Shown: in pieces, positions 1 to 11,459 of the stretch
Layout of the letters: each line of letters begins with the position of its first letter
How positions within the stretch are numbered: the stretch's first letter is position 1
DNA from: Amphiscolops sp. MND2022
Taxonomy: Eukaryota
Reading direction: 5' to 3'
NCBI GenBank assembly: GCA_964187785.1
Contig: OZ076421.1
Location: 54,064,001 to 54,128,000, forward strand
Length of the DNA: 64,000 bases
Position numbers and translations under genes: made by a program
Notes under the pieces: model-generated
The model's database searches: none
Told to the model about the DNA's origin: nothing
What the model saw: the letters and a program-made list of their open reading frames with translations, nothing else

Positions 1-25
1 GTATTTTAAATTCTTACTGGATGCT

Positions 26-2950
26 ATGCATGCCACACAGTGTTTTGCTTTCTCTTCGATCTCCTTTTGTATGTTTGGCCACCAAAAGATTTTGGATTCC
101 GCTGCCATCTTTGTAGATCCGGCGTGTCCGAAGTGTAGTTTTTCCAGTATTTTTCTTCTCAATTCATTTGGTACTATCATTCGGTCATCATTGAAAGTTA
201 GTCCCCACTTGTTGCTCAGTTTTTCAAATGTTAATTGGTATGCTTTCGGAGCCGTGTTTCTCTCGTTTCTTCTCATTGCGTTCCTGACTCTGTTCCGTTC
301 CGCGTCGGTTGCTGATTTGGCTATCAGCGTTTTTAGGTCGAGCGTGAATTCGGCCTTTTTGATTGCTTCTTCGGTAGCTTTTTTGTTCCCGGTAATTTTG
401 TCGATCACTTGATTGATCTGTATAATTTGGGCTTCTTTTCCTTCCGTGTTGAATGCCTTCAGATCAACGATTGAAAAGTTGTCGCCCCGGATTATCTGGC
501 TTTCGCCCTCACTTTCTACTTCGGTTTCTTCAATTATCTCCGGTTGTTGTGGTTCTTGATCCTCCTCTTCTACTCGTTCTTCTAATGGTTGGTATCCTCC
601 TCCGAATCTATTGGCCCGTGTTAGTAGTTCGCCGTCTATTTCCGCAATCTCCTCTCTGCTTCTTTGTTTGGTCTTGAAGGGACACATATTTGTCTTTGGG
701 CATTCATGTCGAACTTTCTTCTGATTGTTCCGGGTCGGGAGATTTCTAGACGTCTCTCTACCAGTCTGAGTGTTTCCGGACTTTTTCTCCTCTTTCCGAT
801 AATTTCCATTATTTCGGCAGTTGCGCCCCAGTGAAAGTAATCCCGGTTCATTTCGGTCCTAAATAGAGGTAAATTTTGTAATGAATTTGTATTTGAATTT
901 GAGTTTTGGTTCAGTTTTCGGATTTGACTTTCCGTTTTAGCTTTTCGGCGTCGATTATCTTATGTGAGTTTCGCTTGTTCGTAATTTTTGTTCACGTCTC
1001 GGTTCTTCTCGAATGTTCTACTCCGTTGTGATTGGTCGTTAAAATTTGTTTTGGTCGTTTTTGTTCTTTCCGTCGCGTTTTGTGATTGGTCGGCTAATAT
1101 TAGTCCGTATTTTCTATTTACTTCGGCTTGTTCTGAGAGACTGTTAATTACGTATTGCTCATCGTATACGTCTTCGTTCGTTTCGTTTTCTGCCGGATTT
1201 CGACTTAGAAAGTCGGTAAACTTTAGATTGCTCTCGGCGAAGTGTTGAATAGCTATATCAATAAGTGCGAGGCGGTCTAACCATCTAGTTAATCTCGCGC
1301 TATATTGTCTATTACATCGGATCCGTTTAATCAAAGGTTCGAGCGCTTGGTGGTCTCTGTAAAGAAAGACTTTCTTCCCGTATAAATAAAATCGGAATTT
1401 TTCTAAAACTTAGACAACTGCCATTAATTCTAGTTCTCCGATTGAATTGTTTTTTCACTGTCGTTTAAGTATCTGCTACCGAATTCTACCGGTTTGATTT
1501 CCCCATCCGATTGTTTTTGCCATAATGTAATTTCGAGTCCCGTTTTGCTTGCGTTGGTTGTCACTATGTTTCCTCTATCTTTTGCATAGTGTGCCAAGCA
1601 AGGTTCTTTGGTTAGCATTTTCTTTATGTTGTTAGAATATTCATCTTGTTGTTTCCCCAATTCCATGTGGAATCTTTCTTCAGAAGTCTTCGGAGTCTTT
1701 CCGTCCTTTCCGATAGTCTCGGTAAATACATCGCCAGATATTGAATTGCGCCAAGGAATGATTTCAGTTGTTTGTGGTTTTCTGAGTGTTTTAATTCCAG
1801 TGTTTTTTTTATTTTTTCTTTGTTTGGTTTGATTCCCGTTTCGTCAATTTCGTGCCCCAGCCCTTTGGTTTTGTTCAGGAAGAATTCGGATTTTCTTTCG
1901 CTTGCTCGGTATCCTGCATTCTCCAATTTTCCCAAAATATCGAATAGTTTCTTTTCGTGTTCTTTTCGGTCACCCCGTTCTATCACTATAATGTCATCCA
2001 GCCATGCCGGTGTGGAGTACTCTAGTGTTTGGTAAGTTTTTTCTTGAAATTTTGTGGGGATAGACCGTAGAATCCCTTTTTGAATCTGTAATATCCGCTG
2101 ACATTTCCTCCCGTTATTGCAAATCCGCATTGTCGGCTTGGTTTGTCTCTTTTGATAATTTCATTTGGCCGTTTGCGTAGTCGAGGTCGATCTTCGATAT
2201 CCTCAATTCGTTTGTTCGGTCTCTTGTAATTTCCACCGGGATTTGATTGAGCAGTTCTTCCATGTTCGGCATGTGTGGTCGGATTTTTATACAGCTGTCA
2301 TTTAGCTTTCTTCAGTCCAATGTTATTTTTACCGACTTGTCATTTTTTACTGTAATTACTACCAGTGAAACGAAACAATCTTCATCTACGTATTTTACAG
2401 TTTCCAAATGTCCGGTTTTTATCAATTTTTCTAGTTCTTTCGCAAATTCTTTTTGTAGATGTAGTGGGATCGGTCTTGCTTTCTGTTTCACCGGATAGTG
2501 TCCCGGTTATAGTTGGATATTTATTTCGGTATCTTTTTTCGTGGTGTTGTTCTTGAATAAATCCGGAAACTTCTCGATTACTCGTCTCTTTTCTGATTGG
2601 CTGGTATCTTCCAATTGGATGTTTCCGATTGTCAAGTTAAATTTCTTCATTCAGTCCATTCCGAGTAGTGGTGTAATATCATTTCTTTCGGTAAATAGAA
2701 TTTGCATTTTCTGTTTATTGATCTCGTAATCGATGTTTGCCGGTAATTCCCCTTTTGTTTCACTTCATTTTTGTTTACATCTTGATACCGTTGTTTCACT
2801 TTTTGTATCTCGGTTTGTTTCTTTTTTTTTCACATCTACGGGCATTATTGAAATTGGTGATCCGGTATCCACTATAAAATCCTTTTCGATACCGTTTATT
2901 TTTATCACAACTGTCAAGCATTTGATTCTGTCAGTAATTCTGTTTATTCT
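26..2950 (-). pseudogene. pol: pol (PR-RT-RNase H and spacer) of family A copy 1
   Basis: DTG protease motif, WLDD RT motif and RNase H motifs spread over ORFs 2765-3175, 1624-2130, 1430-1666 and 960-1334. Confidence 0.85.
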
Positions 2951-3853
2951 TTCAGTTCCGCGTATGCTTGTCTCTGATTCGTCGGATTCTCCTCCAATTG
3001 CCTCTGATTCGTCTTCGGTTACATTGAGTACTTTGCGTTTGTAGTTTTCTCTTTGTCTGCATATCCGTGCGAAATGTCTTTTCTTTCCGCAATTGTTGCA
3101 AAGTTTTCCCAAAGCCGGGCATTTGTGAGTGGGGATTCCAGATCGGTGCATTGCAGAACTTACATGGTTTCTCATTTGTAAAATTATTCTTCGGTCTTGT
3201 CTCGGATCTTTCCATTCTTTGTATCGGCTCTTCTTTTTTTCTTTTTTCTCGGTGTGAAATCAGAGCTTCCGGTATGGTGTTTTTTCTGTTTTTTCTCTCA
3301 TACGTGTTTTGTTTGATCATTTCGATTGTTTTCTTCAGTTCCAGTTTCATCTTTTTCATTAATTTGTCCCGAAGTTTCGTATCCGTAAGTGCGCTCAAAA
3401 TTTTGAAATCAAAAAATCTTCTGCTGTTCCTTCAAATGCGCATTCTTTTTCTAGTTCTATGAGTCTCCACCAGATGTCCTCCGGTGTTTCGGATTCGTTT
3501 TGTCTTGTCCAGAAAAAGGCTCCTCGGTTATGGTAAGAATTTCATTTCGGTAAAAAGTATTCATTGAATAGTCGGATAAGGTCTTTTTACCGCTATTTTG
3601 TCGGGTTCTGTTTTGCACTCCGCCGCTCGTGTAATTTGGTACAATGCTTCGAGGCCGATCCCCCAAATGAAGTCTTCTGGAATTTTAGCTTTTTTGTGTG
3701 TTAATTCAGCTCCCCATATTAATTCGGTGATATCCATTATGTGTTTTCTCTTAGTATATTGCCGAAATCTTTCGAGCCATTGTTTCGGAAAATTCTTTTT
3801 CCGTCAAATGTGGCTTCGAAATTTTGTACTTCGATTTTGCTTTCTTCTGTCAT
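2950..3853 (-). pseudogene. gag: gag of family A copy 1
   Basis: ATG at 3853 (MTEESKIE..). Fragments in ORFs 3457-3666, 2952-3398 and 2765-3175 end in a CCHC-type knuckle. Confidence 0.75.
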
Positions 3854-3888
3854 TTGTTGTAAATAGAATTTCTCGGGTTGTTTAGATT

Positions 3889-4150
3889 GCTGACTGCTCC
3901 ATGTTCTGTTTCTTGGTTAGATAAGAAAACATTGTGGATGTTGTTAAAAGTATTTTTAAACACAAAAGCAAAGTCAAAGCAATCTTCTTTCTGTCCTGAT
4001 TGGTATTACAAATGATCTTTCTTTATTACGAAAGATTTAGCATTATGTTTACAAATATGTATAAACACAAATCTCATTTGTTCTACAAAAGTCTAAAGAA
4101 AGATCTATGTTTGATAGACGTTTGTCAACTGAAAGCATCGGTTCGGTATT
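3889..4150 (-). repeat. Candidate PBS (TGGAGCAGTCAGC, 3901-3889) and adjoining 5' LTR of family A copy 1
   Basis: On the minus strand ...GAAACAGAACA|TGGAGCAGTC.. lies ~40 nt upstream of the gag ATG. The far LTR end is not defined. Confidence 0.5.
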
Positions 4151-4389
4151 ACGCCGTTTAACAGTGTCATCCAACAGTGATTTTGCCAAGGTTTTACAGA
4201 AGAATGTCCCGGAATTCAGATTGTGGATGATGAAGAAAACTCCAAAACCAGCATGAACGTGCAAGAAGAGCTAGTTTTGATAAATTCCAGTGCTGTCAAT
4301 AATTGTTACAAGTTTATGGTGATGTTGGATCTGGTAGACGCTTGTCTTTGCACTTTTAGACGTTATTCATCTAATTGAATTTTTTTTTT

Positions 4390-5100
4390 AGCTAAACCCC
4401 TGTTTTGAACCTCGGAGGTATGTAGGATCGCAGGAACCTTTAGGAACGTTTTTACGTGCTTGTGGGACGTGCCCGGACTTTGAGTGTGCCGGCACGTCGC
4501 CAGGGAGCTCTAATGTGAGGAGTCTCCTTAGACGAGTGGAAAAGTCCCTATCGAGACTTTTTGGTACTAAAAGCTAATGTTTAGGTTGTAGTAAGACACA
4601 GCTCTCTTGTTGAAGCAATCTAGGCATTGTCCCAGTTCTAGAATGTAGCTGTTAGCTTGACGTGACATAGCTGGACGTTACAAAAATACTTGCGCTATAT
4701 CCGAATTTTCAGCGTTATATCCGAACTACATAGCGTTTTATCAGGGAGGAGGCGGAGGTTCGAAAACAAGTTCTCCCATGTGTCTCAGCACGCTATATCC
4801 AAAATTTTGCTGTTGTTTCCGATGTAATTTGCATTTTACAGAGGAGGGGCCGCAGGATCAAAGAAGCGCTCGTATTTGTCTCCGCACGCTTTATCCGAAC
4901 TTCTGAAGCGTTTTCCCAGCACGAAAGGCACCCTTTTGGTGTTCCGGAGTTTTTTCTGAGTTTTTTATAAACGTCCAGAGCATATTTTTAAAACTTTGCG
5001 CTTTTGGAGCCTTAGGCATATCGCCGACTTTGGACGTTCTCGTCTTGTTTGTATGAAGGTCAACGCTGGCCGTAAATACCGAAATGTCCGTGTGAACAAA
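4390..5100. repeat. Non-autonomous interspersed repeat with internal ~95-bp degenerate subrepeats
   Basis: Recurrent 'cgctatatccgaa' units. The minus-strand motif AACGTCCAAAGTCGGC resembles AACGGCCCAAGTCGGC at ~32590. Confidence 0.5.
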
Positions 5101-5129
5101 AAATTAGGAAGCTAATAATTTGTTCTCAC

Positions 5130-5790
5130 CTTCCTACATTTGCTGACCAGACCAGGAATCCTGGAACTTTTGCCATGGACTAAAGGCATGTAGAGTACCG
5201 TGAAGAAAGCGGCATAAAACACAGGGCCTGGCGTATCTCTTGACGACATACTTCCACCACGAAAACGTGCCTTGCTTAAGTTTAGCCAAGTTTAATCTCG
5301 CATTCAGCATAGCAGAGGTAATGAAAAAGTTGGTGACGCTTATTCTTACCAAGTTGAAAACGTGAGGAAGATCTGTCTTCAGCTGCGCATTGGAGAAGCA
5401 GAATGAACGATGATGACAGAAAATCACAAAAAATGATAATATCGATCTGAGACCATGAAGATAACTGTATTGCTGTTTTCTCGTGTCCACAGACATAACG
5501 GTTTCAATGTTCGATATAACAGAAAAACAAAGTAAATATTTTTGCAATTTACCCAAGATGGCTCCCAAAACCAACACCTGACGTGGCTGACAAATTTTAT
5601 GACAATTGTCTCCTTTAGGCGCAGGATTTTCAGACTCCATTGGAAGCTTTTGTGAGTCATTTGTCTCCAATTTCCGTTTGAAAAGGTCCAGCAATGTTGC
5701 AAAAATAGTGATTGCGCAATAATGTGAAGCCAGAATCCAGGGCATTTCCAATGACGTCATCGTGGATCTTTGTCACCAAGCAGACTTTGC
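5130..5790 (-). pseudogene. Exon of NRF-6/OACYL-like membrane O-acyltransferase (acyltransferase-3 family), frameshifted
   Basis: LLCFSVISN..., YLHGLRSILSFFVIFCHH, TNFFITSAML and KRYAR match family motifs. A 1-nt shift at ~5226 gives PVFYAAFF..SKCRK followed by a GTGAG donor (phase 0) at 5129. Confidence 0.8.
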
Positions 5791-8239
5791 AGAACACTTG
5801 AAAAATCAAAAGATTTTGATGAACATTTGAAGATGCTCAAGTATTGAGTCGATTCTTTTTAATTTATTGAGCTAGGGGAATTGCCAGGATATATTTGTTC
5901 ACAATAATTTCTCAGAAACTATCTAGCGGAAAACGAACAGGTACATTTTTCAAAGTTTCGACGTTTTTCACAAGTTTCTGCTTGCTGAATTCCATTAAAG
6001 AATTTAACGTGGAACTAAATAGAACTCTTGGATATGAAATCTGGCATGTGCAGAAAAAACACTAAAATTTTTGCTTGCATGATATTTTTAACAACAAAAA
6101 TCTTCAAGAATGCACTCACAAAAAAGACATCTGCGAAAGATTAACTAAGTCGGATTTTTCCTATGATAATATGTGTTAATGACTCATAAACTCGAACTCT
6201 CAATCTACATTTCCAAAACTTCTGATTTCCTATCTTGTTTTGACTTTAATACTAAACAGTTAATTGACGAATAGAACATTATGAGCCGTTTTATTCATAT
6301 TGGCGGTCCTGATGTTAAAACGATGCTGACTTTGCCAACCTAATTATCGTGAAAACGTTCACTACAAACATTTCTCCCCGAAACTTGAAAATAGCATGTG
6401 TCCTGGCACATCATTATTTGTCCCCACTTTTTGACATTCTGTTTTGTATACAGAATTTTTTTTACAGAATATTTTCGTATACATGCTGCTTCCAAACTCC
6501 TCCGTGTATTCTAATTTACAAAAAAGGGTATTGATTTCACGGTGGCCACCCGTCTTAGTGGCTACACGCCTCAGCGGATGCCCCTTGTCACAGTCCGCTC
6601 CCGGACTGGATTGCGGATGCAAGAGAATTGGTTACGGCCGAGGACATGGTTGTACCGCAAAACTAGCAAAAAGGTATTTGGGTTTTAAACGTATACTAGC
6701 TGAAAATAAACTGTGACTAAATAAGAAATATACGTCTATTTTGCACGAAATCGCGAATGAAAATGAATACTGAAAACTAAACATACTAAAATTATTTCAC
6801 GATTTTTCCGCAAAGACGTTTACGCCACGTAAGAATAGAAACATTCTCCGCCTGAAATTAAATTAAAATGCGTTTTGAGATATAGACCATTGACTAATCT
6901 AAACGAGAACTATATGCAAAATCACCTCTAAGAAAGAGCATAATCAGATCTAAAATAGAAATTACATTGAGATGGCACACTGAAGGAATTACGCCTCTTC
7001 TGAGAAAAGGCAGCTTAATTGCAATTTAAACAGCAATTAATGCGGATTAGGACGACGATTCGTCGCTACTTAAACAAATACGCCAGTACGTGCAAATATT
7101 ATTAATCCGTGACGTCAGCAATACTTCACTAGCTAGTTAGCTAATTAAAAGTATTCCAAATTGCTCAACGTTACTACGTCACAGCTAAGGCAGCTACCTA
7201 GATTTCGCTCCAAATTCACGTCCACGCTACGTCCACTATAATGGAGAACCAAGTCTAGCATCAAATTTACGTCCACGCAACGTCCAAAATCCATTAAAAT
7301 AGCTGTTTTTGCCACACATAATAGTAAAATGAAAACCAATTCGACAGAAAATAGCAGAGGAATTAGGCTTAAATCACATTTAGAAGAGCTAGGATAATAG
7401 TAGAAAATTCGTAGAATACGTTTGTCTTCCGTCGAACAAAATCATTTCTGACTTAAATGTAAAATTAGGGACGTACTAAAGTTTAGGTTACAGAAAACAT
7501 TTCATTAATTCCTAAAACACACAGTTCATGTCTATGGGAAAATTAAATAGGAATTTCATTTGATACTAGAAGATTTTGTACTTACAATTATTCTATCCGG
7601 TTGGAATAACCTTACTATGACGCTGTCCAAATCCAGATTGACGTTTTTACGTCGACAATTGGCGGAATATTAAACTTATAATAATTTTGCAGTTTGTAAT
7701 ACATTTTGACCGATATAAGGTACCTGTTGTTGAAACACCAATCTCAAAGGACATTTATTTTACGTGTGATGTTGATGTTGAAAAGTTGTTGATGTAAAAT
7801 GGTATTGTACATGCAAAATTAGTTATTGTTAACAATGTGTCGCTAAATTAATTATCGTTGCTAATGCATTGCTACCTAAAATTGCTGTCATATTTAGAAT
7901 TGATTAACGTTGATGCATCGTCAAATAATACTTGGACAAAATATTAATAAAAGAAAATAATCATTTTGAACAAAATAATTGAGTGCCTTCATTCACCAGT
8001 CAAACTTTCTATTCTCCTAGCAGCTCCGAAAATTTCAAGCGAAAGAAATTAGTCATCATTTTCCTTCAATTTAAACTTCAAAATCAGGTATTAAATGTTC
8101 ACGTCAGCGTCATCTCCGCGTCAATTTCCTACGAACCAAAGCAGTAAAACAGGGAAATATTCCCGGTTTGAAAGACTGAGGTAAAATCTACTTCCTGCTT
8201 GGGAGGAAACAAAAGGACGCCGCAATGGAATGATATGAT

Positions 8240-8940
8240 ATGTTTGATGACTAAAACCAGATTAGAATTATCGTGTGTTGGAATTTGACGAAGTGTCGAC
8301 AAAAATCAGGGATCATGATAATTTTTTCATCGAAAATACTAATGACTAAATATTCCAGAAACACTTATGGATTCATTCGTGATCAAATGATGCTAGGAGG
8401 GTTTAAATACGGTGCATTTCGGAAACTGAGGGACTCAGTTGTTTGTTTTCAATAAAAAACAGTTGAACGGTATTTCGCGCCCGATAATCTTTGTTAAATG
8501 ATTCTTTGTTAAAAATAGACAATTGAAATTTAATTGAAGAATATAAAATCACCAAGAGGTCAACAACAAGAAATCAAAAAAGGAGGAACAACCAGCAGGA
8601 GAGCACCGAGAACGTAAGTGAAAGTTTAAATTCTCCAATCATGGTAGGAAAAAGCGAGCCATTCGGACCAGGACGTACTAGTTGCGGAGCTTTCTAATCC
8701 AAAATCCTCTAGAATTGATAATAGTCCCTTAGAGAGTTTGAGTGAGAGCTTCTTTAAAAGAAGAATTAACTTCGGAAATAAGGAACCTTCTCATAGAGAT
8801 GTTGAAAATATTCAAACCTTAAACAGGAGAGAATGTGAGAGATGACGACTTAGAGAATGAAAACAGAAGTTTTTATACACCGACAAAATCTGTCAGGACA
8901 AGTTCCACCCAAAACAACGAACCATGTACAAGTCGTAACA
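8240..8940 (+). repeat. Family C-type LTR (solo or 3'), containing a decayed ORF
   Basis: Codes S/E/N-rich ..ENVSESLNSP..NNEPCTSRN, similar in style to ORF 59065-59583. Ends ..CGTAACA with no PBS after it. Left end approximate. Confidence 0.5.
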
Positions 8941-9021
8941 GCCCTCTGAGTGGTAACCCATCTAAGTGGTAACACAACAAGCTCGTCACTGAAAGCGGAG
9001 AAAACTAACATTCTCCGCTCA

Positions 9022-11450
9022 TCCCCCCCTCTAAAGCTAAATAATGATTTGAATTTACACTGATTAACTTCTGATTCAAATCCTACTTCACCAATAAATT
9101 TTACAAGCAACTTATTTTACAAGCAACCTTAGTAGTGACTATTTAGGCTTTGTTTTTTTGTTTGTTCGTTCCACGTAAACAAACATTCAATAGGACTTAG
9201 CGTTTAGTCGGAATAGCATAGAAGTACCAACAAAAATGACTAGACACCTCGAGGGCAGTTGTCGTTCGGGATCCACACAAGATTTTTTTTCAGCTGTGAT
9301 TCGTGTCTGTTTCATTTCGGTCGTTGAATGGATTGCGGCGTAATCTAGTGTAGCAGGCGTTGCCGGAGACTATTCAAATATTCCGGAGAAAGGCACCAAG
9401 GAGACTGAGCAAGCATTTAATTCTACATGTTAGATAACATTTGATAAACATATGTTAGATCAAAAAGAGGAATTAGTTTCATACTAATACGCAAAAGCTT
9501 TAAAAAACATTACAAACGCCAATTCTTTTCTAAAGTACACCCAGTGTAAAAACTCTTGAAACACTTGTCTTTATCTTGCATATTCTTACAAAATCCCGTT
9601 TACTCTTGAAAGCCTTGATGAGATCTTGTTTATTCTTGCTTTACACAAACTTCTTGAAATTTTTGATAGTATTCTTGGTAGGAATCTTATCAAGAGTGTC
9701 AAGAGAATGAATAAGTTGTAAAACAAACAGCATTTTTGATTACAAGTACTTTGCTGTTGTCCGCACTACCAGCTACAATATCATTCTTTGAAGTATTGGA
9801 TCTAGGACACCACAAAGCATTGAATTTGAGAATGTGATAGCTCTGTTTGTAGCGCGAAAAGCTGCGGCATCATAGGTACGCTGATCTAGCCTCGGTTGGC
9901 GTCGGTTTTGTTTGTTTTCATTTATTTTTGTAAGTTCATTTCTTGAATTTCTTTGCACGATCTTGCGAGATATTGCAAATTCGTAGATTTGTTTTGTAGC
10001 TTCGTAGATTCTTAGCAAGAAACCCAGGAATATCCAAGACTCTTAACAAGAGTTGCAAGAGCTTTTACACTGGGCTGCATCCAGTGCAAGTCATGAGCCC
10101 TTCCAGAACCAAACTTGGCATGAAGTTTTTCAGTAAACTTGTTTCTGTCAGTCTGCGAACAGAAAAACGCTTAAGTTTTTTGTTCACGAAAAAGGAATAT
10201 CTTGAAAAATGAGTTCGTTATCTGTGACTCATAGGCGATATATTTTGGCGTTATCAGTATTTTGGATGTAATACTTTTTTCGCTTAGCTCATTTCTGTGA
10301 AGGTGTCGCAGGCTGCCGCCTGTCTGTAACGGCACTAGATTAAGAATGTCGACAATTGGACATGAAGCCGTAACAGGTACTCTCCCTACATACTAAACTC
10401 AAACCTCTATTGATGCAAGTTAATGTTATTCTACAATGTTGCTACATTCTTGTCCTAAATATTGAGAAAATTAGTCTGTTAATATAATATACCGGAAAGG
10501 TAGAAATATTGGTTGAATTGTTCAACGCGACGATTGCAACAAAATCTGTAAAGATGTGATTGCTAGGCAAATGTAAACCACTGCGTAGAAGTACGGAAAT
10601 GAGTTCAAATGAGCTCCTATACTTCTACGGCGGCGTTACTTACTAATGCTAGATCAACCAATCATAGCCATTCATTACTATAGTGTTGTTTATTTATTTG
10701 CCGGTTACGGCCGTTTGACGAAATGTTTACCACGCAGTAATAATGTTTGGGCAAAAGGCCGGTTCCGGCCAAATAAAGTAAAGAAAGTTCAAAGTGTTGA
10801 GAATACTTTGATGATTCTTAGTCAGATGCTTATGTATTACCAAGAAGTTTAGATAATCTGTTAATGAGGATTATTATTGTTATTTAGAAAATTTGTTGCA
10901 AGTTGAAACGATAGTCATGTGTATTAGTCTCTGGCAATGTTCCGGTAGACGAATTATTATAATTGACAGTCCAGCAGCTATGTATTAGGCTGCTGTATTA
11001 TCGTCAGTCCAGGCTGTATTATCGATGCTTTGATAACATGTAATTTTTGATGCCTAAGATGGTCCCGTAACTTTTTGAGGTGCTTGAATAAGCACGCCTC
11101 TAAGTGCGCTTTCCCATTTTTCAAATAGTTTGGTTATAGTTGACACTTAGAAGACTGTATTTGTTTACGGCCAAGTGAGGCAGTTTTTTCAAATATGTTT
11201 GGGCTAAATTCCTGAAACGCTTTGATGTTTTTGATATGTTAATAGAATGCAATACCAAAGTATTTAATCTAGTCAGGTGCCCTGTGTAGAATTTGTCATC
11301 AAAGTTCATATAATACCGTCCTTGGTAGTAAGCAGTTGGAATGTTGATTTGTTTTATATAATGATGTAAAAATGTGATTGTCACTTTCTGAAGAGGACAA
11401 ATTGCAGTATCACTTCTCAGGGGGACACAAGACTCTTCGTACACTCTTTA
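9022..11450 (-). mobile_element. 3' internal region of an unidentified LTR element, ending at a polypurine tract
   Basis: Minus-strand AGAGGGGGGGA (9032-9022) is followed directly by TG (candidate LTR start). Upstream sequence is decayed coding DNA including a macrodomain-like segment. Confidence 0.5.
10960..11335 (-). pseudogene. Decayed macrodomain, TARG1/Poa1p-like
   Basis: Across frames: YYQG, LHRAPD*IKYFGIA, TITK, K(R)T(L)EACLFKHLKKLRDHLRHQKLHVIKASIIQPGL. The last block aligns without gaps to the TARG1-type LQKSLEAMKSH..SMPRIGCGL. Confidence 0.5.
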
Positions 11451-11459
11451 AAATATCGC

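Larger units (their letters stand above)
1..3901 (-). mobile_element. Ty3/Gypsy LTR retrotransposon, family A copy 1 (decayed; continues past window start)
   Basis: Minus-strand order gag (CNNCGKKRHFARIC zinc knuckle) - protease (FIVDTGS, ~2865) - RT (PAWLDDIIV, ~2000) - RNase H (T[N]ASKTGL..LWQKQ, RYSARLTRWLDRL). Many stops and frameshifts. Confidence 0.93.

Noticed and set aside
26-3462. Plus-strand F/S/L-rich ORFs (e.g. 26-412, 3067-3462)
   Set aside because: Antisense shadows of A-rich gag/pol.
4049-4380. Possible next acyltransferase exon
   Set aside because: No family motif in any frame and no convincing splice sites.
5424-5702. Separate 92-aa ORF
   Set aside because: Alternate frame overlapping the acyltransferase exon.
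6530-6670. GC-richer island suggesting a SINE or structural RNA
   Set aside because: No tRNA cloverleaf, A/B boxes or recognisable RNA family.
7540-8000. Possible upstream (NRF-domain) exon ending at a minus-strand GTAAGT
   Set aside because: All frames contain several stops and the motif match is unconvincing.
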